DNA from: a virus
Lineage: Duplodnaviria; Heunggongvirae; Uroviricota; Caudoviricetes
IMG/VR virus record: IMGVR_UViG_2681813421_000002
Coordinates: 1-64,000 of that record
Direction: 5' to 3' (one strand)
DNA length: 64,000 bases
In this document: in pieces, positions 40,117 through 49,656 of the stretch
Layout of the letters: each line of letters begins with the position of its first letter
Numbering within the stretch: position 1 is the stretch's first letter
Notes under the pieces: generated by a model
What the model was told of the DNA's origin: nothing
Seen by the model: only the letters and a program-made list of their open reading frames with translations
Databases searched by the model: none
Made by a program: the position numbers and the translations under genes

Positions 40117-41112
40117 ATGAGTGCAATAATCACCCCATATGTCGTAAATGAAACTGGTGTGGCTGTCTTTCCTGTAGATAAGCCCACCAGCAATTACATC
40201 GGCGCAGGACGCCGTTTTCTTATATCCCCATTGCCGCGTGAACAGGCTGAAAACACCCCTGATGGTGTCGTTGACCTGAATTATTCACTGGTTGCCAACC
40301 AGTCACTGGCACCCTTTTTTCAAAGTGAGCGCGTATTTAACGCGTTAGGTGGTGAGGATTCTCTCGTTCACTGGGTTAGCACCAACATTCACGATTGCCA
40401 GGCGCATGATAAGCGCGATTGCAGCCACCAGCTAACCACCCATTTCTATAACGGTTCTGCCGTTCGCCTGTGCTGGAAGCATGATGCGGAATACATGATG
40501 AAGGGATACGGCAAGCTGGAAGACCAACTGTCACTGAATCGCGCCAACTGGATTATGAACTGGGCTGCCAGCGAGTTAAAACTTCCGCCAGATCGCGATC
40601 TGAGCATGGTTGAACTCACCTTTTGGGCCATTCGCCGGAATCTTAAAGACGAACTGCCTGATGAAGCTGGTCGCATTGCATTTTGTCAGCCAAAAACTGA
40701 AATCCCTACCGGTACGCTGAAAGAATCAGATATCACTTGGGAGCACAGTACCCGCGAGCTGGTGGACATAACCGCAGAGCAGATCGTCAACCTGTCTGTA
40801 GATGAGGATTCCGGCCTGCTTTATATGCGCCGACCAAAAGCGGTCCTCGGTAAAAGCCCGGCTTATCTCCGGTTTGTGGTTTCTCGTCCGTGCATCGGAT
40901 GCGGTGGCAAAGTTAACCACCCGTTCATGTACCGCGCCCGCTCGTTAAACGAACACGACCGCTGGGCTGTTCCTCTTTGCGATGACTGCGCCAGAAGCGC
41001 AGAAAACGATGTCCGGGCATGGGAAAAAGCACATGGCATACGCCTTTACGTAGCCGCTAACCAGCTTTTTGACTTCGCCATCGAGCGCGGAGTAATCACG
41101 TTTAATAACTGA
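40117..41112 (+). CDS. Hypothetical protein with Cys cluster (putative Zn-binding)
   Basis: 331 aa; RPCIGCGG...C..C motif near C-terminus; operator-controlled. Confidence 0.45.
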   Translation: MSAIITPYVVNETGVAVFPVDKPTSNYIGAGRRFLISPLPREQAENTPDGVVDLNYSLVANQSLAPFFQSERVFNALGGEDSLVHWVSTNIHDCQAHDKRDCSHQLTTHFYNGSAVRLCWKHDAEYMMKGYGKLEDQLSLNRANWIMNWAASELKLPPDRDLSMVELTFWAIRRNLKDELPDEAGRIAFCQPKTEIPTGTLKESDITWEHSTRELVDITAEQIVNLSVDEDSGLLYMRRPKAVLGKSPAYLRFVVSRPCIGCGGKVNHPFMYRARSLNEHDRWAVPLCDDCARSAENDVRAWEKAHGIRLYVAANQLFDFAIERGVITFNN

Positions 41113-41208
41113 TTGGGATAAAGGCATGAGCATGGAGCCAGGCAGCACCATCCGCATTACTACAAAGGGAGGCCTGATAATCATGATGTATCGGAAGGAG
41201 GAAGCCAA

Positions 41209-41403
41209 ATGAATAAAGCCTCACCAGCAGAGTTAAGAGCAAGTCTAGAGATGGCGCATAGCCTTGCTCAAATTGGAGTCAGGTTTGTACCAATTCCAGT
41301 TGAAACAGATGAAGAATTTCAAATGTTAGCGGCATCAGCAGCACAAAAGCTGGAAATCATGGCGAATAAAGCAGAGAAAGCGGAAGGAGCAGATAGTGAG
41401 TGA
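41209..41403 (+). CDS. Hypothetical small protein
   Basis: 64-aa ORF with AGGAGG RBS. Confidence 0.4.
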   Translation: MNKASPAELRASLEMAHSLAQIGVRFVPIPVETDEEFQMLAASAAQKLEIMANKAEKAEGADSE

Positions 41404-42034
41404 AACTAACTATCAGGAGTTGCGCGAGGCAGCGGAGCAGGCAACGCAAGATGAATGGGTAGCATATATTTTGCCGGGTCATAACGGCATTTATCCTGCG
41501 CGCACGTCTGAGGGTAGGCATTGCGGATACTTTATTGACTGGCCTGGCGTCTGTCAGGGGCGGGAGAGCATCAGCATCAGAACCTACGCAGTGAATTGCA
41601 ATGACGCATGGCTAAACACCGAAGGTGATGACATCTCCGGCTCATACGTTAAGTACAAAGACCATCAGGAAGTGGTTGCCGCTCTTGAGGCCAAGTGCGC
41701 GGCGCTGGCAGTGGAGAATGAGCTGGCTCGTAAGGCAGTTCAGGCATTCTGCGATGTTGTTGGCGACAACACTGAGGTTATCGCTGAGGTGGTTGGGCGA
41801 GATGGCGTTCTGGTTATTTTGAAGGCCATGAAGGCAACAGGAAATATGTCAGCCACCGACGCTTTCCTGTCTGAAGTACGGGCGCAGGGTGTGGAGATGT
41901 TTGCACAGTGGTGTAGAGGTGAGCGCGATTTTACTCTCATTGATGAGGATGTTGCTGATGCAGCGGCTTATGAAGAATGCGTAAAAAGAGCTGAATATTT
42001 CGCCGCCCAGCTTCGCAAAGGAGGCAAACAGTGA
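41396..42034 (+). CDS. Ead/Ea22-like family protein (paralogue 3)
   Basis: N-terminal YQELREAAEQAT and shared 180-nt module with 36613-37116. Confidence 0.6.
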   Translation: MSETNYQELREAAEQATQDEWVAYILPGHNGIYPARTSEGRHCGYFIDWPGVCQGRESISIRTYAVNCNDAWLNTEGDDISGSYVKYKDHQEVVAALEAKCAALAVENELARKAVQAFCDVVGDNTEVIAEVVGRDGVLVILKAMKATGNMSATDAFLSEVRAQGVEMFAQWCRGERDFTLIDEDVADAAAYEECVKRAEYFAAQLRKGGKQ

Positions 42035-42792
42035 GCAAGATTGACTATCAGGCACTGCGTGAGGCGGCAGAGAAGGCTACGAAAGGTAAGTGGGCTGTTG
42101 AATTCGACGATGAGATTTACTCCACTGACGGCATAAACCATGAGCAAATAGCTATGGTGTTCAGTGAAAACGAATCTCGTGATGCTGAATTCATCGCCGC
42201 AGCCAATCCGGCTACCGTCTTGGCGCTTCTGGATGAACGGGAAAGAAACCAGCAATACATAAAACGCCGCGATCAGGAGAACGAGGATATTGCGCTAACG
42301 GTAGGGAAGCTGAGAGTTGAGCTTGAGGAAGTAAAACAACACGCTGAAGAATTATCCGAAACCAAGGCTGTTCGTAACCAATGGCGGCCAGATATTTGCC
42401 CAATAACCGGACGTGCATTTTTCATGTGGATTGAGCATCCAACATTGGGAAATGTGCCGACATATGGTGGCCCATTAGATAGTTACACCATTCCAACAAA
42501 GGACGGTGACGGTGAGTTTTCATGTGAGCGTTACGATCATGATTTTGGCGGTTGGGTAGAAAGCGAATGTCTTGGGTTATATCTGATTGATGATAGAGAA
42601 CAATGCAGGGTCTACGAACTGGAGGAACGCGTTAAGGAACTGGATGCTCGGGAAATATCGCTCCCGGAACGTAGCAGCATGCTTCATCGAACAGATTTTC
42701 ACGATGATTACCAAACGGTAATGGCATACAAAGTTTCTGAAGTCATCGCTGCAATCCGCGCCGCAGGCATTCGCATCAAAGGAGGTGAGTAA
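42031..42792 (+). CDS. Ead/Ea22-like family protein (paralogue 4)
   Basis: N-terminal YQALREAAEKAT; same GTGAGCAA coupling junction as at 38281. Confidence 0.55.
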   Translation: MSKIDYQALREAAEKATKGKWAVEFDDEIYSTDGINHEQIAMVFSENESRDAEFIAAANPATVLALLDERERNQQYIKRRDQENEDIALTVGKLRVELEEVKQHAEELSETKAVRNQWRPDICPITGRAFFMWIEHPTLGNVPTYGGPLDSYTIPTKDGDGEFSCERYDHDFGGWVESECLGLYLIDDREQCRVYELEERVKELDAREISLPERSSMLHRTDFHDDYQTVMAYKVSEVIAAIRAAGIRIKGGE

Positions 42793-42968
42793 TGCGTGTG
42801 GCATGTATCGGCTTGTTACCGTACCCGACTCGTTTTTGGGCTTCTGCGCTAATTGCAAAGCCGTATGTCCTGATGGCTGACAACATCATCCCGGCACCAA
42901 AGCGCCGCCATACCGGTATTGCAGCGGCACGACGAGCAGCAAAGAGACGCAGGAGAGCAAAGCGATGA
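42792..42968 (+). CDS. Small basic protein (58 aa)
   Basis: Below track cutoff; Arg/Lys-rich C-terminus. Confidence 0.3.
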   Translation: MRVACIGLLPYPTRFWASALIAKPYVLMADNIIPAPKRRHTGIAAARRAAKRRRRAKR

Positions 42969-43141
42969 AAAACCGTAAGGCAAAACGACTTTTTTTACAG
43001 CGACCTGTGCGTGTGGTGGAGCTGGTTATTAGCAACCATAAGATAGCGGTACTCCATCCATTTGGTCAGGTGGCTTTTGCCGCAAAGCGTAAGCCTACTG
43101 CGTCACAGAACAGGCGGAAGAAAGGGAACGCTGTAAGATGA
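42965..43141 (+). CDS. Small basic protein, MKNRKAK paralogue A
   Basis: Shares first 7 codons and about 20 nt with next ORF (tandem duplication). Confidence 0.3.
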   Translation: MKNRKAKRLFLQRPVRVVELVISNHKIAVLHPFGQVAFAAKRKPTASQNRRKKGNAVR

Positions 43142-43326
43142 AAAACCGTAAAGCAAAGATTCTGTTAGTTCGTAGAAACGCTCCTGGCGTCTGGCAGTGG
43201 GTGAGACTCAGCAACCGACGGATGGGGTTGATGAAATATTACGGGATGATGGATTGTGGTTTTTGCAAAAAGCCCAGCGCGGCGCAAAACCGCTGGAAAA
43301 ACCACTTGCGCACTAAAGGAGAGTGA
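43138..43326 (+). CDS. Small basic protein, MKNRKAK paralogue B
   Basis: 62 aa; Cys pair CGFC. Confidence 0.35.
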   Translation: MKNRKAKILLVRRNAPGVWQWVRLSNRRMGLMKYYGMMDCGFCKKPSAAQNRWKNHLRTKGE

Positions 43327-43327
43327 T

Positions 43328-43843
43328 ATGGCGTTAACACACCGCGAACTCTGTCAGATTGCGTATAAGTTCCTTAAGCGCAACGGGTTCAAGGTTTGTT
43401 TTCATGACCGCTTTATAGCTGTAACCAGTACCGGAGAACAGCCAGATGCTATGGGATTCAGAAATTCAGCATCATGCCTGATAGAGGCGAAGTGTTCTCG
43501 TGCTGACTTGTTGGCAGATAGAAAAAAGCGTTTTCGTAAAAATCCATCTCTTGGAATGGGCGACTGGCGATTCTTTATTAGTGAGCCGGGAATTATTTCA
43601 GTTGAGGATTTACCACCTGGCTGGGGATTACTTCACGTTGTTAACGGAAGAGTACGGAAAGTACATGGGTGGCCCAAGGGTAATTGCTGTTGGGGTAATC
43701 CTGACGATAAGCCATTTACTGGAAATAAGCAGGTTGAATGCGATTACATGTTATCTGCATTAAGGCGCATGGAGTTGAGAGGGCACCTTAATGAAATATA
43801 TGACGGTGTAATTGTTAATAAGAAAGAAGGAAACGCAGCATGA
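43328..43843 (+). CDS. Hypothetical protein with PD-(D/E)xK-like motif
   Basis: ATG at 43328 (MALTHREL); PDAMGF...IEAKCS resembles restriction-endonuclease-like core; weak. Confidence 0.4.
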   Translation: MALTHRELCQIAYKFLKRNGFKVCFHDRFIAVTSTGEQPDAMGFRNSASCLIEAKCSRADLLADRKKRFRKNPSLGMGDWRFFISEPGIISVEDLPPGWGLLHVVNGRVRKVHGWPKGNCCWGNPDDKPFTGNKQVECDYMLSALRRMELRGHLNEIYDGVIVNKKEGNAA

Positions 43844-45246
43844 TCACTATTACCAAAGAACGCCTGCTGACAATCCAGCAGTGGCGCGAAACATACGGAC
43901 CTGGTAGCAACGTTGTACTGCCAGCAGAAGAAGCGGAAGAACTGGCACGAATTGCTCTGGCATCGCTGGAAGCAAAACCAGTTGCTTATATTTTCAAACA
44001 TCCGGCCGGGAAATTATTCTGGGCTTTAACGGATGAAAGCAATAAAGAGCAAGCGGACGTTATTCCTGTTTATGCTGCCGCGCCTGCGTCGGTTGTGCCG
44101 GATAATGCATCAGAGCCTCTTGCTTATGCTTACAAAGAGCTTACGCCTGAGATTATGCGCAACCATTTAGCTGTATTCGAGCGATATGGAATAGCCCCAA
44201 ACGATAGCTCTACCACAATTCAGGCACTGCGAATCGCGCTGGATGGTATAGAGCGGAGCGACGCCATGCTTCAGTCCGGAAACTTTCGGGAAAACAAGAA
44301 TTCGTCAACCAATAATTTTCGGGAAATCGCGGAAACGTCAACCAACTATCCGGTAATTCCTAGTGAGCTGTTGTCCGCAATCCTGAAGGTTGCCAAGATT
44401 CGTGCCGATTTCGATGATTTTGACGGTGACAGGCGAGGTATCGATGATTGTCTGGATGAGGCTGAGCAAGAGCTTATCGTTACCATTAACAAATATGCCA
44501 GTCAGTTGGCAGCAGAACCGATAGCGACTAATGACGTTCGAGAGCAAACAGCCGTTCCGCCAGTTCCGGTAATGCAGGCTGATGTCGCGCAGGCAATTGA
44601 AAAACTCAAACGGAAATTAGTGGAATGCAATCGCTATAACTACTGTGCAGATGCAGTTAAAGGCGTAGAGGATGCCTGCCGTGCTGTTAGCTATAGCCAA
44701 GCCGACAATCAGCCAGCATCTGGCAACCAGGCTGCCGAATCCAATCGCGGTAATGAGTGGACCGGCAATCCTGATATTGATAACGCCATCATCATGCTCG
44801 ATCGCATAGATACGCTGGAAAGTTGCGATGATGACCGTATTGAGGCTGTTAAGGCTGTTTTGCGTAGACTGGCTGGCAACTATCCGGATATTCCGGATAG
44901 TTCGGTGCCAGCGCCAGGAAAGGGCGTCACCGGTGAACGTATCCGCATTAAGCCGCATGTTTATCGCGAACTGGTTAACCGTCTCCACGATACAGCGATC
45001 AAGTGTGCTGGCACCCAGCAATTACGAGAAAGAATTAGCCGTGTTTTGGGCGACGTTATTACACCAGATCATCATAAACAAGCCGAGAAAAGTGACCTGG
45101 AAAGGTGTCACCTTGAGGCGGCATTAAACATTAAGCCGGGGCATACGCTTGGCATTATTGATGCACTATTGGTTCATAAGATGGCCAGGGCTTTATTGCC
45201 GCTGGTGGCTGAAAAGCATGAGGTGGACCATGCCAACGAAAGCTGA
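43840..45246 (+). CDS. Hypothetical protein (468 aa)
   Basis: C-terminal HVYRELVNRLHDTAIKCAGTQQLRERI segment homologous to 35698-36309 product. Confidence 0.5.
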   Translation: MITITKERLLTIQQWRETYGPGSNVVLPAEEAEELARIALASLEAKPVAYIFKHPAGKLFWALTDESNKEQADVIPVYAAAPASVVPDNASEPLAYAYKELTPEIMRNHLAVFERYGIAPNDSSTTIQALRIALDGIERSDAMLQSGNFRENKNSSTNNFREIAETSTNYPVIPSELLSAILKVAKIRADFDDFDGDRRGIDDCLDEAEQELIVTINKYASQLAAEPIATNDVREQTAVPPVPVMQADVAQAIEKLKRKLVECNRYNYCADAVKGVEDACRAVSYSQADNQPASGNQAAESNRGNEWTGNPDIDNAIIMLDRIDTLESCDDDRIEAVKAVLRRLAGNYPDIPDSSVPAPGKGVTGERIRIKPHVYRELVNRLHDTAIKCAGTQQLRERISRVLGDVITPDHHKQAEKSDLERCHLEAALNIKPGHTLGIIDALLVHKMARALLPLVAEKHEVDHANES

Positions 45247-45514
45247 ATTACAGGTGCGCGTAGATGAGCTTGAAAAAGAGAACGCGAGCCTCAAAAAAAT
45301 GCTGTCGCGGGCGGAAAGGGAATTATCAGGCAAATTATTGCCTGAAGAACTGCCACCAGCAGATATACCTGATCGAGTGTCCTGGTGGATGAAGTATTTC
45401 CGTGCACCGTGGGAGGCGTTTTGGTGCTACGACCATCGCAGATGGTGTGATGAACTTGATAGCAATTTTCCCTACTTTGCGGAAGGGAACACCTGCCCTC
45501 AATGCAGGGGATAG
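45230..45514 (+). CDS. Hypothetical coiled-coil/Cys-containing small protein
   Basis: ATG 45230 (MPTKAELQVRVDELEKENASLKK). Confidence 0.4.
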   Translation: MPTKAELQVRVDELEKENASLKKMLSRAERELSGKLLPEELPPADIPDRVSWWMKYFRAPWEAFWCYDHRRWCDELDSNFPYFAEGNTCPQCRG

Positions 45515-45869
45515 CATTTGACGAAATCGATCACCCTATCCTGAACTTCAGAAAGAAGGTCTTTTTCACGCGCCAGGACGTCAGGATATTGACGTTCTGG
45601 CCTTACCAGATGCCGGAGCAGAATGGCCTCAGAAAACACTTTTACGCTGTGCTTTATCCCCTCTGTTTCACTTTTCAGCGTCAAAATAAAGCGCAATTGC
45701 TTATTAGCCTGATTCGGATTCAATACACGAATTTGCAGTTCGTCTATGCTGTTCCGCAATGGGATTGATGCCACCACACTGGTGCAGTCTCTGATTGTCT
45801 GAATTGAACGGCTAACATTGAGAACGTTATTGTGCATGTGCCTGATCCACTAACTCCTGGAGGTTTCTT

Positions 45870-46121
45870 GTGTCAGATCGAAATATAGCAGCTAAAAGCC
45901 AGGAAGAGCGAGACAAGGTGAACGTAGACCTTGCCGCCAGCGGCGTTGCTTACAAAGAACGGCTGAATATACCTGTGATTGCAGAGCAGGTGGCCCGTGA
46001 GCAACCGGAAAACCTGCGCGCCTATTTCATGGAACGGCTACGGCACTACCGGCAGTTAAGCCTCCAGTTGCCAAAAGGGAGCGATCCGGTGTATCAGAAC
46101 GAGGATGCACCAAAAAAATAA
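45870..46121 (+). CDS. hot: Hot, homologue of DNA polymerase III theta subunit (HolE)
   Basis: [43 protein letters not shown] aligns with E. coli HolE as recalled; GTG start with GGAGG RBS. Confidence 0.8.
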   Translation: MSDRNIAAKSQEERDKVNVDLAASGVAYKERLNIPVIAEQVAREQPENLRAYFMERLRHYRQLSLQLPKGSDPVYQNEDAPKK

Positions 46122-46208
46122 CGGCAAGATGGGGGAGAAATGTGATTAGCCCCCAGCGTGGCGCGCCTACAAACCCCGCTTTCACAAACTATGCCTTTTC
46201 AATGTATA

Positions 46209-46224
46209 CTGTATGAATAAACAG
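46209..46224 (+). promoter_or_regulatory. LexA box CTGTATGAATAAACAG upstream of humD
   Basis: Canonical CTGT-N8-ACAG SOS operator 21 bp before humD start. Confidence 0.75.
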
Positions 46225-46244
46225 CATTATTGAGGTAAAACGCT

Positions 46245-46634
46245 ATGGGCTTCCCTTCTCCTGCGGCGGATTATGTTGAAAGCCGAATTTCTCTTGATCA
46301 GCAGATAATTAGACATCCTTCAGCGACCTACTTCATGCGGGCAGCTGATAGCCATCACCGTGAGGGAATATTGCAGGGAGCTTTGCTGGTGGTTGATTCC
46401 TCGCTTACTCCGGTTGATGGTTCTCTGCTTGTGTGCGCTATGGAGGGTGAATATTGCATAAAGAGATACAGGAAGTATCCGCGCCAGCACCTGGAGGACT
46501 TAAGCACCGGGAAGAAAGAGGCGTTACCAGTAGATGACGATGGATACACGGGCAGTAATGCTGTTTTTGGTGTGATCACTCATGTCATCAATGATGCCCG
46601 AAGTGGGGAATTTGATGATTGTCCGGTTATTTAA
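46245..46634 (+). CDS. humD: HumD, UmuD-like S24 peptidase-domain protein
   Basis: LexA/UmuD C-terminal-domain-like sequence; P1 humD position next to phd-doc. Confidence 0.7.
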   Translation: MGFPSPAADYVESRISLDQQIIRHPSATYFMRAADSHHREGILQGALLVVDSSLTPVDGSLLVCAMEGEYCIKRYRKYPRQHLEDLSTGKKEALPVDDDGYTGSNAVFGVITHVINDARSGEFDDCPVI

Positions 46635-46706
46635 GCTGCAAAGTGCTGGTGCTTTATGCCTGTGAAGTTTATAATTGTGTACACATAACGAGTACACGAG
46701 GTGTTT

Positions 46707-46928
46707 ATGCAATCCATTAACTTCCGTACCGCGCGTGGCAACCTTTCTGAAGTGCTCAACAATGTTGAAGCCGGGGAAGAGGTTGAAATCACCCGCAGAG
46801 GCCGTGAGCCAGCAGTAATTGTCAGCAAGGCTACTTTTGAAGCCTACAAAAAAGCGGCGCTGGATGCCGAATTTGCATCCCTGTTTGACACCCTGGACTC
46901 CACCAACAAGGAACTGGTTAACCGATAA
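46707..46928 (+). CDS. phd: Phd antitoxin
   Basis: Product from ATG 46707 matches P1 Phd as recalled ([39 protein letters not shown]...). Confidence 0.95.
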
Positions 46929-47308
46929 TGAGGCATATATCACCGGAAGAACTTATTGCGCTTCATGATGCGAATATAAGCCGCTACGGCGGCCTGCCGG
47001 GAATGTCAGATCCGGGCAGGGCAGAGGCCATTATCGGGAGAGTTCAGGCCAGAGTTGCCTACGAAGAGATCACCGACCTTTTCGAAGTCTCCGCCACCTA
47101 CCTGGTGGCTACGGCGAGAGGGCATATATTCAATGATGCCAATAAGCGTACCGCGCTAAACAGTGCGCTGCTATTTCTACGCCGTAACGGTATACAGGTA
47201 TATGATGATCCCGTGCTGGTGGAGCTTGCAGTGGGGGCTGCAACTGGTGAAATCCCCGTATCTTCAGTAGCGAAAAAACTACGTGAACTATATGGTTCCA
47301 ATATTTGA
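46928..47308 (+). CDS. doc: Doc toxin (Fic-fold kinase)
   Basis: Matches P1 Doc as recalled, including Fic motif HIFNDANKR; start overlaps phd stop (TAATG). Confidence 0.95.
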
Positions 47309-47343
47309 AAAGAAGCCCGCTCAACCAGGCGGGCTTCTTACTA

Positions 47344-48438
47344 TCACTCAATGATTTTTTCTGCTGTCAGCCAGCTAATTTCTTGCCTGTCTTTCGGCGG
47401 TTTTAGCATGTGGGCGTATTCAGCGACATTCTCCCACGGAATTGTTTTTGCCCACTCAACGATAGCATTGTGATCTGCAGTGAAGAGTGGAATGGTGTGC
47501 GATTTCAACCATTCTAATGTCGTGACGCCATGTTTTTTGGCGTGGTGCTGCGCATGATGCCGGGCTATCACTCGTAATGGTATTGTCCATTCACTACCAT
47601 CAGGCATCGAAAAGCGCATTGTCTTCGGCATATCTGATTCAAGAACAGCCTCCCTAATACCAGGGAACTCACCAAGAATCATACGACGATAGTCATCACT
47701 ATTTCGCCCGCCATACCTTTCGGCAAAATGATCAAGATATTCTTGGGTAATAAATGGTGAATCCTCCGCACTCAGCTTAATGGCTTTATATACACCACTC
47801 GGATTATCTTCAGCTAAAGCACGTCCATGATGTGAATCATAAAAAAAGCCTATTTCCTCTGGTGACGGAATTGAAGTGAGCAATATGCGTGAATCACCAC
47901 TAGTCATGCTTGCCCACACAATGCTGTATGCCCGATCGCTGATATGTGCGGAATCCACAATAATGAATAAAAGATGGTCGGCGTAGTGACCTGCAATGCT
48001 ATCTTCATAGTTAAGGCGGAAGTTACAAAAGCACATTCCCCAAAATTCATTGAACATCAGACCGCTATCACCGACCTTAAAATACTCAATGATAAAAGGT
48101 TGTTTTTTCAGCAATGCCTCCCAACATTGCCACACATATGCAACAATTCCTCTTTTGCAAACATTTGATTTTGGATAAACAATTACTGTCCGGGAATCAG
48201 GATACATAATCGTATAAAGGGTACTAATAACAGCAAGCACTTGCGGTCGTCCGATCCCATACGGAGTGGTGACAGTAGCTTTTGCATTATTGGGCTGTAT
48301 AGCTTCAACAATTTGTTGTTGCTGGTGGCTTAAATCAATATCAAACAATTCTTTTGCTGCCAGTACCCAATTGTCTTTATATTTCTCCACCAGCGACAGC
48401 CAGCGCGGATCTTTATAAATATTGCTCTTAGTCGCCAT
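47344..48438 (-). CDS. Terminase large-subunit (PacB) ATPase-domain paralogue with degenerate Walker motifs, no nuclease domain
   Basis: About 40 percent identical by eye to PacB N-terminal 270 aa (SHQQQQI, FYDSHH, DNP, SPF, EYGGR); Walker A GHGTGKS replaced by PYGIGRP; Walker B LILDEAS replaced by IIVDSAH; C-terminal 110 aa unrelated; ATG 48438 with AAGGAAG RBS. Confidence 0.6.
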   Translation of the reverse strand: MATKSNIYKDPRWLSLVEKYKDNWVLAAKELFDIDLSHQQQQIVEAIQPNNAKATVTTPYGIGRPQVLAVISTLYTIMYPDSRTVIVYPKSNVCKRGIVAYVWQCWEALLKKQPFIIEYFKVGDSGLMFNEFWGMCFCNFRLNYEDSIAGHYADHLLFIIVDSAHISDRAYSIVWASMTSGDSRILLTSIPSPEEIGFFYDSHHGRALAEDNPSGVYKAIKLSAEDSPFITQEYLDHFAERYGGRNSDDYRRMILGEFPGIREAVLESDMPKTMRFSMPDGSEWTIPLRVIARHHAQHHAKKHGVTTLEWLKSHTIPLFTADHNAIVEWAKTIPWENVAEYAHMLKPPKDRQEISWLTAEKIIE

Positions 48439-49195
48439 CTGCCACTTCCTTAACTTCTTCTTTGGCCTGTTCTGCAATCGCCGCACGGCATTTCGCCCTG
48501 GCTGTAGCGATTGCTTCAGCTCGCACATCGTCTGGAATCGTTGACGTGATATACATATCCAGTTCTTCGGCACGGAATACTGTTTGGTCCAGATATTCGC
48601 GTAGCATCCAGGTAAATTCGAAATCACACGCGATAATCTCTGCGCCACCTTCTGCACCATTTGGGAAATGAATAAATGCCTGTTTAGCCAAACCGATAAC
48701 ACGACATGCGGTTGCCAAAACAGCGACAACCAGGTTTACATTTTCACACGCTACGGGCTGGTTAACGCCGGAGATTACTCCATTTAACTGTCGGTTATAT
48801 GGAAGGTAGTTTGAGATGCGTTCTACGCGCCATGTGCCAGTCAGGCTGCCATTTTTAAATATAATTGGTGTAACGGATAGCCCAAGCTCGCGTATAAGTC
48901 GTTGCGCTATAGCAGGATCATTAAACAGGTCTAATGCTACACATTCGAAAGACTGCGCAAGGGCAAACAGTTCTTCCAGAGAGTAGTCTTTGCCCCTGGC
49001 GGTGATGTAACGACGAACGCCGCTGTCTGCATCACTCCATATAGCTACGCCATGCTCTTCATTCAGCTCTTCATTAAAGCCGAGATACGTCATGATAGTG
49101 CGTTCAATCGTGTCAAACGGCAGTGACATGTCGGCGTTAACAGCCACCAGCAGGCCATTACGCAAGCGGTATTGAATTGTTTTAGTGCTTTCCAT
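48428..49195 (-). CDS. Hypothetical protein
   Basis: 255-aa ORF in operator-controlled operon. Confidence 0.45.
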   Translation of the reverse strand: MESTKTIQYRLRNGLLVAVNADMSLPFDTIERTIMTYLGFNEELNEEHGVAIWSDADSGVRRYITARGKDYSLEELFALAQSFECVALDLFNDPAIAQRLIRELGLSVTPIIFKNGSLTGTWRVERISNYLPYNRQLNGVISGVNQPVACENVNLVVAVLATACRVIGLAKQAFIHFPNGAEGGAEIIACDFEFTWMLREYLDQTVFRAEELDMYITSTIPDDVRAEAIATARAKCRAAIAEQAKEEVKEVADGD

Positions 49196-49201
49196 GTCAA
49201 A

Positions 49202-49642
49202 TCACTCCACAACAAACCAGTCACAGGCCAGCAGGTCGCCAACTGAAGGCACCCACGGAACAACTACACCTTGTGCATTTTTTAAGGCGAAATAAGCACC
49301 ATACGGAACGAGGTCGCCGGGGAAATATCCCTTAATGGCTTCCATTCGTGCCGGGTACTGTCCTTCAGGAACCAGCCAGCAGAATTGGTTTTCGCCGTTC
49401 CACCCGCGTCGAGCAACTTTCTTGCCTTCCTTCAGCCACATCAGCGCGTCTGAAAAGTCGGCTGCTTCAAGGTCGATTTCTTCTTGCTGGGTGGTGATGC
49501 CACCAGCAGAAATAGTTACGCTCCCGGTAAGATTAATCATCACGCCGTTGTCATCCGTAATGATGACCGTGGTTCCATTTTTTTTGTGAGCTTTGTATTT
49601 GGGACGGAACTTAAAAAGCTCTTTCGTTGCCATGTTATTCAT
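49202..49642 (-). CDS. DUF2829-like protein (Tad2-like anti-Thoeris sponge family candidate) with N-terminal extension
   Basis: C-terminal 90 aa FSDALMWLKEGKKVARRGWNG...GDLLACDWFVV matches recalled DUF2829 signature. Confidence 0.45.
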   Translation of the reverse strand: MNNMATKELFKFRPKYKAHKKNGTTVIITDDNGVMINLTGSVTISAGGITTQQEEIDLEAADFSDALMWLKEGKKVARRGWNGENQFCWLVPEGQYPARMEAIKGYFPGDLVPYGAYFALKNAQGVVVPWVPSVGDLLACDWFVVE

Positions 49643-49656
49643 AGTCTTTTCTCTGC

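Noticed and set aside
45499-45837. Overlapping ORFs 45499-45837(-) and 45502-45768(+)
   Set aside because: Mutually exclusive, no convincing RBS for either, located in the regulatory gap before hot; treated as non-coding.
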